Shown here piece by piece: positions 1 through 10,400 of a DNA stretch of 64,000 nucleotides. A model generated the notes under the pieces. The model was not told where the DNA came from, ran no database searches, and was given only the letters and a program-made list of their open reading frames with translations. The stretch comes from Candidatus Latescibacterota bacterium (GTDB lineage: Bacteria > Latescibacterota > UBA2968 > GCA-2709665). Positions within the stretch are counted from its first letter, which is position 1. Each line of letters opens with the position of its first letter. The stretch covers positions 2,048,001 to 2,112,000 of the forward strand of contig OZ220733.1 of assembly GCA_965116875.1 (NCBI GenBank), written 5' to 3'. The position numbers were made by a program, and so were the translations under genes.

Positions 1-75
1 AAGAAAGAGTCAGGCGTAAAGGCGATGGGGAAGTTCTGGATTGGTCTATTTCGACCAGGGTTTGGAGGTCAGGGT

Positions 76-2505
76 ATGTCAAGCCAGCCAGACATTAGGA
101 TTCGAAGGTGCTGTCGACGGCTGATTGCTTGGTTTTCAGGGTTGTTGTGTTACGGTTTCTGTTTCACCATGTCGATTGAACCCGCCAAGCAGGACGATGC
201 CGACAGCCTTTATTATGTAGCTATGGCCCGCGTGGATACCGTTGCAATTCAGCAGAGTCTGGATGCATTCCGTGACGTATTGAAGGTAAATCAGGACCAC
301 GCACCGGCTCAATATGAAATCGCGAAGCTGTATATGTCCCTTGACACGCCAATGGATCGCCAGAGCGCGCGCAAGTCATTGGATATTGCCATTCGACTGG
401 ATCCAAGTAATTGGGATTATCAACTGATGTACGGGGAAATACTCGGCAAGCAAGGGCTATGGCTAAATGCCGAAAGGCATTTTGAGAAGGTATGTGAGAC
501 ACATCCTGAAAAATACGCTGAAGCGTCGTACATGGTCGCCTTCTTTGCCATGCAGGCGTTCCTGAAGTATATCGAAATGGAGCATTTCGATATCGTGAAT
601 GGAATGATGGACGATCCTGCAACGTACCACCAGTTTCGTTGGGAGGAACACGGTGCCCGAGATCGCGAGAAGGCGATGGCTTTTCTGATAAAGAGCATAG
701 AGTCCGATCCTCGAATTCGAGCCGTGTATTTCGATTTGGGACTGATCCACTATGAAAGCAAGAATCCCAAAGGTTTGGTGACGGCATCAAAGCTGTGCCT
801 GGATCAATATCCCGAGGATAAGGACGCGTTGCTCTATTGCGGGCTGGGATACCAGGGGATGGGTGAATGGGAAACTGCCCAAGAGTATTACATGCGTGCC
901 CTGGAAGTAATGTCGACGGAGGAACGGGCGTTAATGGAGTCGGTGGACCTGATTGCAAGCCAAGAGGAAAATTTGGCGCCGGATTCGATTTCGACAACCG
1001 ATACGACCCGAGTGAGAGGGACGGATAACCGAGAGCGGGTACGGTTCTGGCGGAAGCGCGATCCACTGTATCTGACTGCATTCAGCGAGCGGCGTCTGGA
1101 ACACTATGGACGGGTGGCGTATGCCCACCTTCGATATGGGCAGCGATTGAAAGGAATACCGGGGTGGCAGACGGACCGTGGGAAAGCGCATATCAAATTC
1201 GGGCGCGCTCTCAATAAGAAGGCAAAGCGACTAGAAATCCCAGGAGGTGTTGACTCGTTCGAAGGCAATTTCGGCCGAAATATTCAGGGGGGAGACGAGG
1301 TGTGGTTCTACGAAGGATTCTCGATCTCCTTTGTCAATGGCGACGGGCTGGATTCCTGGCGTTTCGACACCCGCCCGGGTCGCATATCGGCTCGACATAG
1401 GTTCAACCTTCAACCTGCGCATTTTATAGACCCTTACGGTCATCAAAAGTACAGAATCCCCTACCAGGCTGCGATCTTCAAAGACGGGGACGGCCATCAC
1501 ATGGAACTGGCCTATGCGCTGCCGAAATATAACGTATCTGCCTCGGAATCGAACAGGACCATTGCTATTGAGAATGGAGTGTTTGTGTTTGACGAGGATT
1601 GGGACGAGGTGTATCGGAAGCATTCCGATCTCAAACTGAGGTGGCCCGAATTGACACCCAGTGGGTATCCGGTTTCTGACAGCCTGCGGAATAGTCACCT
1701 GGTTTTTCAGTTGGCATTCAAGGTGCCGACCAGCGAATACAATCTGGTTGGAGAGGTTCGTGATCGAAAGCGCGGATCGATCGGCACGTTTCGGGAAAGG
1801 CGCCGGTCCGGGACGTTAGATTCCCTGTTCTCTATGAGCGATCTGTTGCTGGCCACGCAAATCGAATCACGAACCCCGTTTCCGAATGGAAGGAGCGATC
1901 TCACGATCGTAGCGAATCCACAGCGGACGTACCATCGGTCCGAACCCGCGTTTATTTACCTGGAAGTGTATAACCTGGAGCGGGACGAATTCGGGCGCAC
2001 AGAGTATCAAATTGCCTATCGAATAGGACGGCCGGAGCAGAAGAAGATCGACCCGTACCTGTTCCTGGCGCAGCGGCTGCCCGAGGGCGGCAGGCATTTG
2101 CAGGTCACACGTGAAATCAGGACTAGCCATACGGGCATGCGTCGACCTGTCCGGTCGACCGAGGAGGAAGAAGACCGTCAGGGCGGCTTTCCGGTCACGC
2201 CGCCGTTAGTGGTCCCGGATTATTTCGACGTGAAGAGGACGGACGAATTTACGTACCGTGCACGGTTTGTGTTTCCGGACGCGGAGGAACTTGCCAGCCG
2301 AATAAAGGAGAAGGGCCGAACCAGGGAGGGAGCGGAGACCACGATCACGGCGCGCTATGAGGGCGATCGCGAGGACGATTTCACGTATCTGCAGATTGAC
2401 CTCACCCACGTGCCTGCTGGCGTTCACCGCTTGTCGGTTAATGTCAGGGACATGCATAGTGATCAGGTGGTATCACGAGACGCATTGTTCCGCGTGATTG
2501 AATGA
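76..2505 (+). CDS. TPR + GWxTD domain protein #1 (canonical GWQTD motif)
   Basis: ORF 25..2505; GGAGG at 64-68 favours ATG 76. N-terminal TPR-like helices, FWRKRDP...RLEHYGRV, GWQTDRGKAHIKFG, C-terminal beta domain (FIYLEVYNL). Confidence 0.85.
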   Translation: MSSQPDIRIRRCCRRLIAWFSGLLCYGFCFTMSIEPAKQDDADSLYYVAMARVDTVAIQQSLDAFRDVLKVNQDHAPAQYEIAKLYMSLDTPMDRQSARKSLDIAIRLDPSNWDYQLMYGEILGKQGLWLNAERHFEKVCETHPEKYAEASYMVAFFAMQAFLKYIEMEHFDIVNGMMDDPATYHQFRWEEHGARDREKAMAFLIKSIESDPRIRAVYFDLGLIHYESKNPKGLVTASKLCLDQYPEDKDALLYCGLGYQGMGEWETAQEYYMRALEVMSTEERALMESVDLIASQEENLAPDSISTTDTTRVRGTDNRERVRFWRKRDPLYLTAFSERRLEHYGRVAYAHLRYGQRLKGIPGWQTDRGKAHIKFGRALNKKAKRLEIPGGVDSFEGNFGRNIQGGDEVWFYEGFSISFVNGDGLDSWRFDTRPGRISARHRFNLQPAHFIDPYGHQKYRIPYQAAIFKDGDGHHMELAYALPKYNVSASESNRTIAIENGVFVFDEDWDEVYRKHSDLKLRWPELTPSGYPVSDSLRNSHLVFQLAFKVPTSEYNLVGEVRDRKRGSIGTFRERRRSGTLDSLFSMSDLLLATQIESRTPFPNGRSDLTIVANPQRTYHRSEPAFIYLEVYNLERDEFGRTEYQIAYRIGRPEQKKIDPYLFLAQRLPEGGRHLQVTREIRTSHTGMRRPVRSTEEEEDRQGGFPVTPPLVVPDYFDVKRTDEFTYRARFVFPDAEELASRIKEKGRTREGAETTITARYEGDREDDFTYLQIDLTHVPAGVHRLSVNVRDMHSDQVVSRDALFRVIE

Positions 2506-2678
2506 ATATCCGGATATTCTGGAAAGTGCTGAAGTGTTGTCCGAGTGGTTGCAGGGTAGACGGCATCCATGATCCGAATATCCTGGTTTCGCCAGTAATT
2601 GCACGCTCGGACGCATGACAGATCCCCATTTATCCTCCGGCGGATATATTCGTTAGAACCGGATGATTCCGCTAAATC

Positions 2679-2707
2679 TTGATTAATAATTTAAATGAAC
2701 CTACTTT
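2679..2707 (+). promoter_or_regulatory. Putative sigma70 promoter of the FGE array
   Basis: TTGATT-17 nt-TACTTT in an AT-rich patch upstream of 2820. Confidence 0.35.
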
Positions 2708-2819
2708 ATGATAACGAACGGATGCTGTGATGGCTTACCATTAACAACGTCGGCTATTGGAGAACTGAAACGTGACGCGAGCACTTGCCCGCGCTCAGCG
2801 GTCAATGGAGGCCGTTGAA

Positions 2820-3854
2820 ATGTGGAGACGATGTGTAGTTATCGCATTGCTTGCCCTTGGAGCGATGTTGACTGCGAAGCAGTTTGCGACAGCTCAATCC
2901 GCTCGTGATGCCGATTTCGACGCCAACGGTATTGTGGACTTCGGGGACTTCATTCTATTCGCGCAGGCGTTCGGCTCGGATCAGTCCAATTTCGACCTTG
3001 ATGCCAGTGGAAACGTCGATTTTCCGGATTTCATCCTCTTTGCGCAGCGGTTTGGGGAGGGTATGCCGGCAGAAAGCATCACGATAACGCTTCCGAGAGG
3101 GATAGAGCTGGAAATGGTGTGGATCCAGCCGGGCAGGTTTATGATGGGCTCCCCCACTACAGAACCAGAAAGAGACGACGACGAGGGTCCCCAACATGAG
3201 GTCACGATCACGACGGGGTTCTATCTGGGCAAGTACGAAGTCACCCAGGCGCAATGGGAGAGCGTGATGAATACGCGGCCATGGGCGGGGTCGGGAGCAT
3301 CAGGTGATCCCGAAAAAGCGAACTTCCCTGCTTTTTTTGTGCGCTGGGACGACGTTAAGACGTTTGTTCGCAGATTGAACGACACGGAAGGAAGGGATGT
3401 TTTCCGATTGCCCACCGAAGCGGAGTGGGAATATGCGTGCAGGGCCGGGACATCGAGTCCATGGTCGTTCGGTGACGACTTGACCCGGATGGGTGATTAC
3501 GCACGCTATTACGAGAACTCGCGAACTGCGACAGTTCAGGATGACGGCCGCGTCGTCTACGGATCTCCGGAGGCGCAGGAAGCAGGGGGCGTGTTTCCAA
3601 ACCCATGGGGCCTTTACGATATGCATGGAAACGTCCGTGAATGGGTTCAGGATTTCTACGGGCCGTATACGGATAAGCCGCAGACAGATCCCACGGGGCC
3701 AGAAGCTCCCGTCGAAGGAGGACAGCCTGAAAACAACCATGTTGTACGAGGCGGCTCTCACAACGACAGGCCACCGGCGTTGCGGTCGGCGGCACGTCTT
3801 CGCAGCGGAACGAGCATTCGCACAGGATTCCGTCTGTTGCGAGATCATCAGTAG
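2820..3854 (+). CDS. Secreted dockerin-like + FGE-sulfatase (CLec-fold) protein 1
   Basis: Signal peptide; DFDANGIVDFGDFILFAQAFG-type repeat x2; FMMGS, RLPTEAEWEYACRAG, NPWGLYDMHGNVREW, RGGS...GFR. Start ATG 2820 after GGAGG. Confidence 0.9.
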   Translation: MWRRCVVIALLALGAMLTAKQFATAQSARDADFDANGIVDFGDFILFAQAFGSDQSNFDLDASGNVDFPDFILFAQRFGEGMPAESITITLPRGIELEMVWIQPGRFMMGSPTTEPERDDDEGPQHEVTITTGFYLGKYEVTQAQWESVMNTRPWAGSGASGDPEKANFPAFFVRWDDVKTFVRRLNDTEGRDVFRLPTEAEWEYACRAGTSSPWSFGDDLTRMGDYARYYENSRTATVQDDGRVVYGSPEAQEAGGVFPNPWGLYDMHGNVREWVQDFYGPYTDKPQTDPTGPEAPVEGGQPENNHVVRGGSHNDRPPALRSAARLRSGTSIRTGFRLLRDHQ

Positions 3855-3987
3855 ATTTCCCGTCCCCGCCCCGCCTGGCTATCAGGACCATAAACCGCCC
3901 TTTGGGCATTTGTCCCGGGAATTGAGAAGTCATACGCCGAATCGCGTACACGTCGCGGTTCGTTGACCAGCGGGAGATTTGTGTAAA

Positions 3988-5022
3988 ATGAGACGATTTA
4001 CAATTATTGGCTTGCTTGCCCTTGGAACTCTGTTGACTGCCTGGCAGTTTTCGATAGCACAATCCGCTCGTGATGCCGATTTCGACGCCAACGGTATTGT
4101 GGACTTCGGGGACTTCATCCTGTTCGCACAGGCGTTCGGCTCGGATCAGTCCAATTTCGACCTTGATGCCAGTGGAAAAGTCGATTTTCCGGATTTCATC
4201 CTTTTTGCGCAGCGGTTTGGGGAGGGTATGCCAGAAGAGAAAATTACGGTAACCCTTCCTGGTGGCACGAAGCTGGAGATGGTCTGGATCCAACCCGGCA
4301 GGTTCCTGATGGGATCGCCCGACTCTGAGCCCGGTCGGGAGGATCACGAGGGTCCCCAGCATGAAGTCACGATCACAAAGGGATTCTACTTCGGCAAGCG
4401 TGAAGTCACGCAGGCGCAGTGGGAAAGCGTCATGAACACCCGTCCGTGGATCGTAGGATCAACATCGGAGGTACCCGGTAGAGAAAACTATCCCGCCAAC
4501 AGAATGCGCTGGAGCGAAGTCGAAACATTCATCCGTAGGCTGAACGAAGAGTTAGGGGAGGACGTCTTCCGATTACCCACCGAGGCAGAATGGGAATATG
4601 CATGCAGGGCCGGCACAACGACCCGCTGGTTCTTTGGAGAGGACTCGACACGAATCGCCGATTTCGCGCGTTATTATGAAAACTCACGAAGGACGATCGT
4701 TAGGGATGACGGTAGCATAACCTATGGAAGCCCCGAGGTGCAGGAAACGGGCAGTGTTTTTCCAAACCCCTGGGGTCTGTACGATATGCACGGGAATGTG
4801 CGGGAGTTGGTGCAGGATTACTACGGTTCATTCTCAGACCATCCGCAGACCGATCCCAGGGGGCCGGACGGTCCCACTGGAAGGCGCGCTCCGGACGGGA
4901 GTCACGTCGAAAGAGGAGGGTCCAGTTTCGACCGCCCCGAGTGGATACGTTCGGCTGTCCGCTCGGTCGGGTGGGTGCCTAACGCTTTCACCGGGTTTCG
5001 CGTGTTGATGGAATACAGATAG
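3988..5022 (+). CDS. Secreted dockerin-like + FGE-sulfatase protein 2
   Basis: Same architecture and motifs as protein 1; start MRRF placed by comparison with paralogues. Confidence 0.9.
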   Translation: MRRFTIIGLLALGTLLTAWQFSIAQSARDADFDANGIVDFGDFILFAQAFGSDQSNFDLDASGKVDFPDFILFAQRFGEGMPEEKITVTLPGGTKLEMVWIQPGRFLMGSPDSEPGREDHEGPQHEVTITKGFYFGKREVTQAQWESVMNTRPWIVGSTSEVPGRENYPANRMRWSEVETFIRRLNEELGEDVFRLPTEAEWEYACRAGTTTRWFFGEDSTRIADFARYYENSRRTIVRDDGSITYGSPEVQETGSVFPNPWGLYDMHGNVRELVQDYYGSFSDHPQTDPRGPDGPTGRRAPDGSHVERGGSSFDRPEWIRSAVRSVGWVPNAFTGFRVLMEYR

Positions 5023-5135
5023 ATTCGATCAGGAACCGTGAATAGCCTTATCGGCATTGGCCCCGGGAATTGAGAAGTCATAGGCCGAATCGCGTACACG
5101 TCGTGGTTCGTTGACCAGCGGGAGACCTGTGTGAA

Positions 5136-6185
5136 ATGAGACGATATACAATAATCGCGTTTGTTGCCCTTGGAGCGTTATTGACGGTTTGGCAGCTTCC
5201 GTTCGCCCAATCCGCCCGTGATGCCGATTTCGACGCCAATGGCATTGTGGATTTCGGGGACTTCATTCTGTTCGCTCAGGCATTCGGGTCGAATCAATCT
5301 ACTTTCGACCTGAATGGCAGCGGAAGCGTCGATTTCACGGATTTTATCCTGTTTGCACAGCGGTTTGGCGATGGTATGCCAGAAGAGAAAATTGCGGTGA
5401 CACTACCCGGCGGCGCGAAGCTGGAGATGGTCTGGATCCAGCCCGGCCGCTTTCTGAGGGGATCGCCCGATATAGAGCCGGGGCGGCGGGATGACGAAGG
5501 TCCTCAGCATGAAGTTACCATTACTCAGGGGTTCTACCTCGGGAAATACGAAGTCACCCAGGCGCAGTGGCAGAGCGTGATGAATACGCGTCCGTGGGAG
5601 CGATTCGGTGCAACCGATGAACTCGAAAAGGCAAGATACCCGGCTCGCAACGCGCGTTGGGAGTGGATACAGTCATTTATTCTGAAATTGAACGAGGCGG
5701 AAGGAGCGGACATTTTCCGGTTGCCGACGGAGGCGGAGTGGGAATACGCGTGCAGGGCAGGCACCACGACACCATGGTTTTTCGGAGCCGACTCGAGCCG
5801 TATCGGCGATTATGCCCGCAATCGTGAGAATTCGCGGAAGGCGACGTTGATGCCCGACGGCCGCGTGGTCTACGGCAGCCTGGAGCCTCAGGAGACGGGG
5901 AGCGTATTGCCGAATCCGTGGGGCCTGTACGATATGTATGGGAATGTGATGGAATGGGTTCAGGATTACTGGGCTCCGTATTCAGGAGCGGCACAGATCG
6001 ATCCCAAAGGGCCCGACGAGCCTGCGGAGTTTGAAAATGTCAACGCCGGATGGCAGGGTTCATTCCATGTTGCCAGAGGGGGATATTATTTCCACACCGC
6101 TCTCAGCATGCGGTCGGCGATCCGTTTTCGTGGTGGGGGTATGAGTCAACGAATTGGGTTTCGTTTGCTGATGGAATACAGGTAG
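5136..6185 (+). CDS. Secreted dockerin-like + FGE-sulfatase protein 3
   Basis: Same architecture; RLPTEAEWEYACRAG, GLYDMYGNVMEW, IGFRLL. Confidence 0.9.
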   Translation: MRRYTIIAFVALGALLTVWQLPFAQSARDADFDANGIVDFGDFILFAQAFGSNQSTFDLNGSGSVDFTDFILFAQRFGDGMPEEKIAVTLPGGAKLEMVWIQPGRFLRGSPDIEPGRRDDEGPQHEVTITQGFYLGKYEVTQAQWQSVMNTRPWERFGATDELEKARYPARNARWEWIQSFILKLNEAEGADIFRLPTEAEWEYACRAGTTTPWFFGADSSRIGDYARNRENSRKATLMPDGRVVYGSLEPQETGSVLPNPWGLYDMYGNVMEWVQDYWAPYSGAAQIDPKGPDEPAEFENVNAGWQGSFHVARGGYYFHTALSMRSAIRFRGGGMSQRIGFRLLMEYR

Positions 6186-6251
6186 ATTCGATTGGGTACC
6201 GTGAATCGCGCAATCGTGGTGGTTTGCTTACCAGCAGGAGGTCTGTGTGAA

Positions 6252-7301
6252 ATGAGACGATATACTTCTGTCGCGCTGATCACTATTGCAGCGTTGTTGA
6301 CGGTTTGGCAGCTTCCGTTTGCCCAGTCCGCCCGAAATGCAGATTTCGACTCGAATGGTATTGTGGACTTTGGAGACTTCATCCTGTTCGCACAGGCGTT
6401 CGGGTCGGATCAGTCCAATTTCGACCTGAATGGCAGCGGAAGCGTCGATTTCACGGATTTCATCCTGTTTGCACAGCGGTTTGGGGAAGGTATGCCTGAA
6501 GGGAAAATTGCGGTGACCATTCCCGGCGGCGCGAAGCTGGAGATGGTCTGGATCCAACCGGGTCGTTTCCTGATGGGGTCGCCGGTTTCTGAGACCGGAC
6601 GGGACGATGATGAGGGCCCCCTGCACGAGGTCACGATTACAAAGGGATTCTATCTGGCCAAGTTCGAACTCACGCAGGCGCAGTGGGAGAGCGTGATGAA
6701 TACGAGGCCGTGGCTCCTGGGAGTTTATACTCAGGATCCCAAAAAGCTGGATTTTCCGGCACACAGATTGTCCTGGCAGGAGGTCAATACGTTCTTCCGC
6801 AAACTAAACGAACCGGAGGGGAACGAGATCTTCCGGTTGCCCACGGAAGCGGAATGGGAATACGCGTGTAGGGCCGGCACCTCTTCGCCGTGGTCGTTCG
6901 GTAAAGACGCGACCCGAATCGTTGATTACGCGCGCTATTATGAGAACTCACGAACGGCAAACGTCCTCGAAGACGGGCGGGCTGTCTACGGCAATCCGGA
7001 ACCGCAGGAAACAGGCGGGGTCTTTCCGAACTCGTGGGGTCTGTACGACATGCACGGGAATGTATGGGAGTGGGTTCAGGATTATTACGGCCCATTTTCG
7101 GAAGAATCCCGGATCGATCCCAAAGGCCCCGATGGGCCGGCGCCCGAGATGGTCGTCAATGCCGGGTGGCCGGGCACGCTCCACGTGATCAAGGGGGGGT
7201 CGTTCGGCGACACCGTCGAGGAAGTGCGGTCGGCGGTACGCATGCGCGGCCGCGGATGGGGACAACGCACCGGAATCCGCGTACTCATGGTGCGAAGATA
7301 G
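6252..7301 (+). CDS. Secreted dockerin-like + FGE-sulfatase protein 4
   Basis: Same architecture; GGAGG upstream of ATG 6252 (MRRY). Confidence 0.9.
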   Translation: MRRYTSVALITIAALLTVWQLPFAQSARNADFDSNGIVDFGDFILFAQAFGSDQSNFDLNGSGSVDFTDFILFAQRFGEGMPEGKIAVTIPGGAKLEMVWIQPGRFLMGSPVSETGRDDDEGPLHEVTITKGFYLAKFELTQAQWESVMNTRPWLLGVYTQDPKKLDFPAHRLSWQEVNTFFRKLNEPEGNEIFRLPTEAEWEYACRAGTSSPWSFGKDATRIVDYARYYENSRTANVLEDGRAVYGNPEPQETGGVFPNSWGLYDMHGNVWEWVQDYYGPFSEESRIDPKGPDGPAPEMVVNAGWPGTLHVIKGGSFGDTVEEVRSAVRMRGRGWGQRTGIRVLMVRR

Positions 7302-7413
7302 TTCCGCCATGCTGAATAGGTAGTCATCCTGAGCCAGTTTCTGCAAGTATCGGTGTCCTGGAGGTGAATTCTTCAGGGTCTTTTCTTAACAAGCAGCAAC
7401 CGAGGTTGGTCGT

Positions 7414-10400
7414 ATGTCCTATTCGAAAACCACCATCAGTCGAACGCCTTTCCGGAATTCGCGCTGTTCTTGCATTGCGATCACGATGGCGCTGATTACC
7501 GTAGCGCTCTTTTGCCCCCGGACCGCATTGTCAGGAAATATCCACGCAGTGCGCTCTCCGGACGGGAGTACGCTCGCTTATGCCATCGAACGCGGCGAAC
7601 GGCGAGCGTTGCTGACGGAGATATGGCTGTCCCGAGACGGCGGCGGCAGTCGCGAAAGGATCAGGACCTACCCGGGCGCGGCGGGCTCCCTCGGATTCCT
7701 GCCGGACGGCAACGCCCTGGTCTATCTGGAACGTGGCCTCAGGTATCCTGCCTTCGGGTCGTACCTTTCGGGCGGCCGCAGCCTGCCGATCGTGAATAAT
7801 CGGATCTGGGAATTGGCGGTCGACGGATCGAACGAGTCCCGCTGGCCGCTTCCACCCGAACTCAATCCGATGGACGTTGCCGTCTCGCCTGACGGAGATT
7901 TTCTCGCGGTTCGGGGAGAGTGGGACGCATTGTTGGACTCGGGTCAAAGGGGGCTCTGGAGGGTTGACCGAACGGGACGGGCAACACAACTCCGGATCGG
8001 CAGGACAGCCGGCGTCCCGCGCTGGTCCGGAGACGGCGCCAAAGTCTATTTCACCGAGGGCGACACGACGTCGAAGGAAGTCAAGTTCGTGCACGTGGAG
8101 ACCGGAGAAGTGGGTACCGAAACCGCCTCCGAAGCCGCCGGCGTTCGCGGCGTTGCCGAGACCCCACGCGCCGAATTCGAACCCACACCGGACACCCGCG
8201 ACCAGATTTCCCTTCAGAAAGCCCTGGTCGAGCTCCAGAGAGGATTGAGCCGGTACAGCCGGATGAACTCGGCCGTGCACCGGGCGGACCGCCACCGGGA
8301 GAAGGACGCGCGAAAGGCCGTTGAACGGATGTTCGCGGGGTTCCATAAACACCACAAGGCCCTCCGGATCTCGAAAGCAAGCTGCCTCGCCTACGTGGCG
8401 ACGCTACGTGAACAGCAGCTGAGAACCGATGCCGCCGCCGGAGAACATGCCTGCCTGGAACACATGCTCGTGTTGAACGACCTGGCAGGGCGCTACGCCG
8501 AAAAACACGGCGCCCTTCCAACTGAACACGGTATTCTGTTCGGGTGGTTGAAACAGAAAGTCGATCTGCATGCGACCGGGGAAGCGGAACTCAGGCGGGA
8601 CAGGGAAGTCCTGGACATTGTCTTCAGTTGCCCGGCAACTTCCGATTCGGAGCCGTTGATCGAACATCTCTACAGGCCGGATGCCGCGCCCGGAATGCCA
8701 ATCCTGGCCTGTTTCCGGCACCCGGACCGGTATCTCCACCTGACGGAAACGCCGGACGCACGACGCCTCGAGGCGGTGGACATGCGTTCTGGGACGGTCG
8801 ACTCCCTCTTCGCCGTGGTCGTGCAGCGAACCGGAGAGGACCGGTTGCTGGAGGCGGCCGCCCTCTTCCAGCTCGTCGCCGTTCAGCGCCCGAAGGACGC
8901 GCCTCTCCATATCGAACTGGGGCACGCGTACTACAGGGCGAAAGACTACAAACGCGCGATGTGGGCCTTCAAGAAAGCGATCTCTCTACAGGGAGGCGCC
9001 AGGGCCTATTACGGCGTGGGTCTGGTCTATGGGGAGATTCCGAAGGAACGCAACCTGGCCATCCACTATTTCCAGGAGGCCCTCGCCCGGGACCACGGGT
9101 ACGTGGACGCCAGGTATCAGATCGCCAGGCTGCGCTACCTGATGAATGAGTACGACGTGGGCCGCGCGGTAGACCGGGTGCTGGAACTCGACCCAAACTA
9201 TTCGGACGCCTATCGCCTGATGGGCGACTGGTACGCCGATTTCTGGAAGGACTACGAACAGGCCATCGTCTGGTACACCCGATACATGGCGCTGAGACCC
9301 GGTGATTCCAGCCTTCGCAGCCGGCTGGGCATTGCCTACCTGATGATCGAAGACTACGAAAAAATCATGGCGAAGCTGCTTGGATTCGTCGAAGAGAACC
9401 CCGATGCAATTGAACTCATGCCGATCGTTGCGCAGGCATCCATGAAGCAGGGAAAGCCGGATATGGCGATGGAGTTTTTCGAGGACTACGTAGCAAAACT
9501 CCCGTCCCACGAGCGGATCTTGTATGAGGATATCCGCCTGGTTTCGTCGTTCGCAGAACTCGGCGAATTCAACAATACTCCGGAGGCTGAACGCCCCGCT
9601 TTCCTGAAACGGTTCTGGAACGACCGGGATCCGGACCTGTCCACGCCGGTAAACGAACGTTTGCTGGAGCACTACCGCCGCGTCTGGCACGCACTCACCG
9701 AATTTTCGGAAAACAAACAACCGTGGGACGTGAGGGGCGAGGTCTACGTTCGATTCGGAGAACCGGACCACCGCTCCAGGTCCGACCGGCCCAACTACAA
9801 ACAAAGCCTGGCCGTACAGCGGGTCAAAGAACGCCTCGCCGCGAATATCTACGGCGCCGACGGCATGGGTGAGTCGTTTATGGGTCCCGTCTTTCCGGTT
9901 CGCGGCATGCGACGACTGGAGGGTGAATGGTACGAGTTTCGAGAAGTCGAGACTCCGGGATTGCGTGGGGGTGACGCGGGATCGCCAGGCGAAAGCGGAG
10001 GGTCCGCGGGCGGGGATGAACTCGCCGGTGGGGGTGGAGGGTTTGGCGGACCCGTACCGGTCGAGGACGTTATGGATACAGTACGGTTGGGTCTCATGGA
10101 TATGGACAAGCGCCTCGGCTTCGGAGACTATCACCCGGTCACCTCCGGAGAAGACCGGGGGACGATCCCATGGGAGACGTGGATCTACACCGACGTGGGC
10201 GGCGGCATTGAAATCACGTTCACGGACGAATTCGGCGCCGGAACCTATGAATACGCCCCGATGCCGCCGAATCGCGGGGACATCGACCTCGGCCAGACCG
10301 CGAAGTTGAGAAACCACTCTCCAAGGGAGATCTACAAGCGAGCGTCGCGTGTAGAACCCAATTACTATGCGCCGGAAGAGGAGACGGCGCCGCTCGATTT

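Noticed and set aside
2506-7413. Complete DGR (template repeat + reverse transcriptase)
   Set aside because: No RT ORF and no AAC-rich non-coding copy of any FGE 3' end is visible in the window; paralogue differences include indels and are not evidently adenine-restricted.
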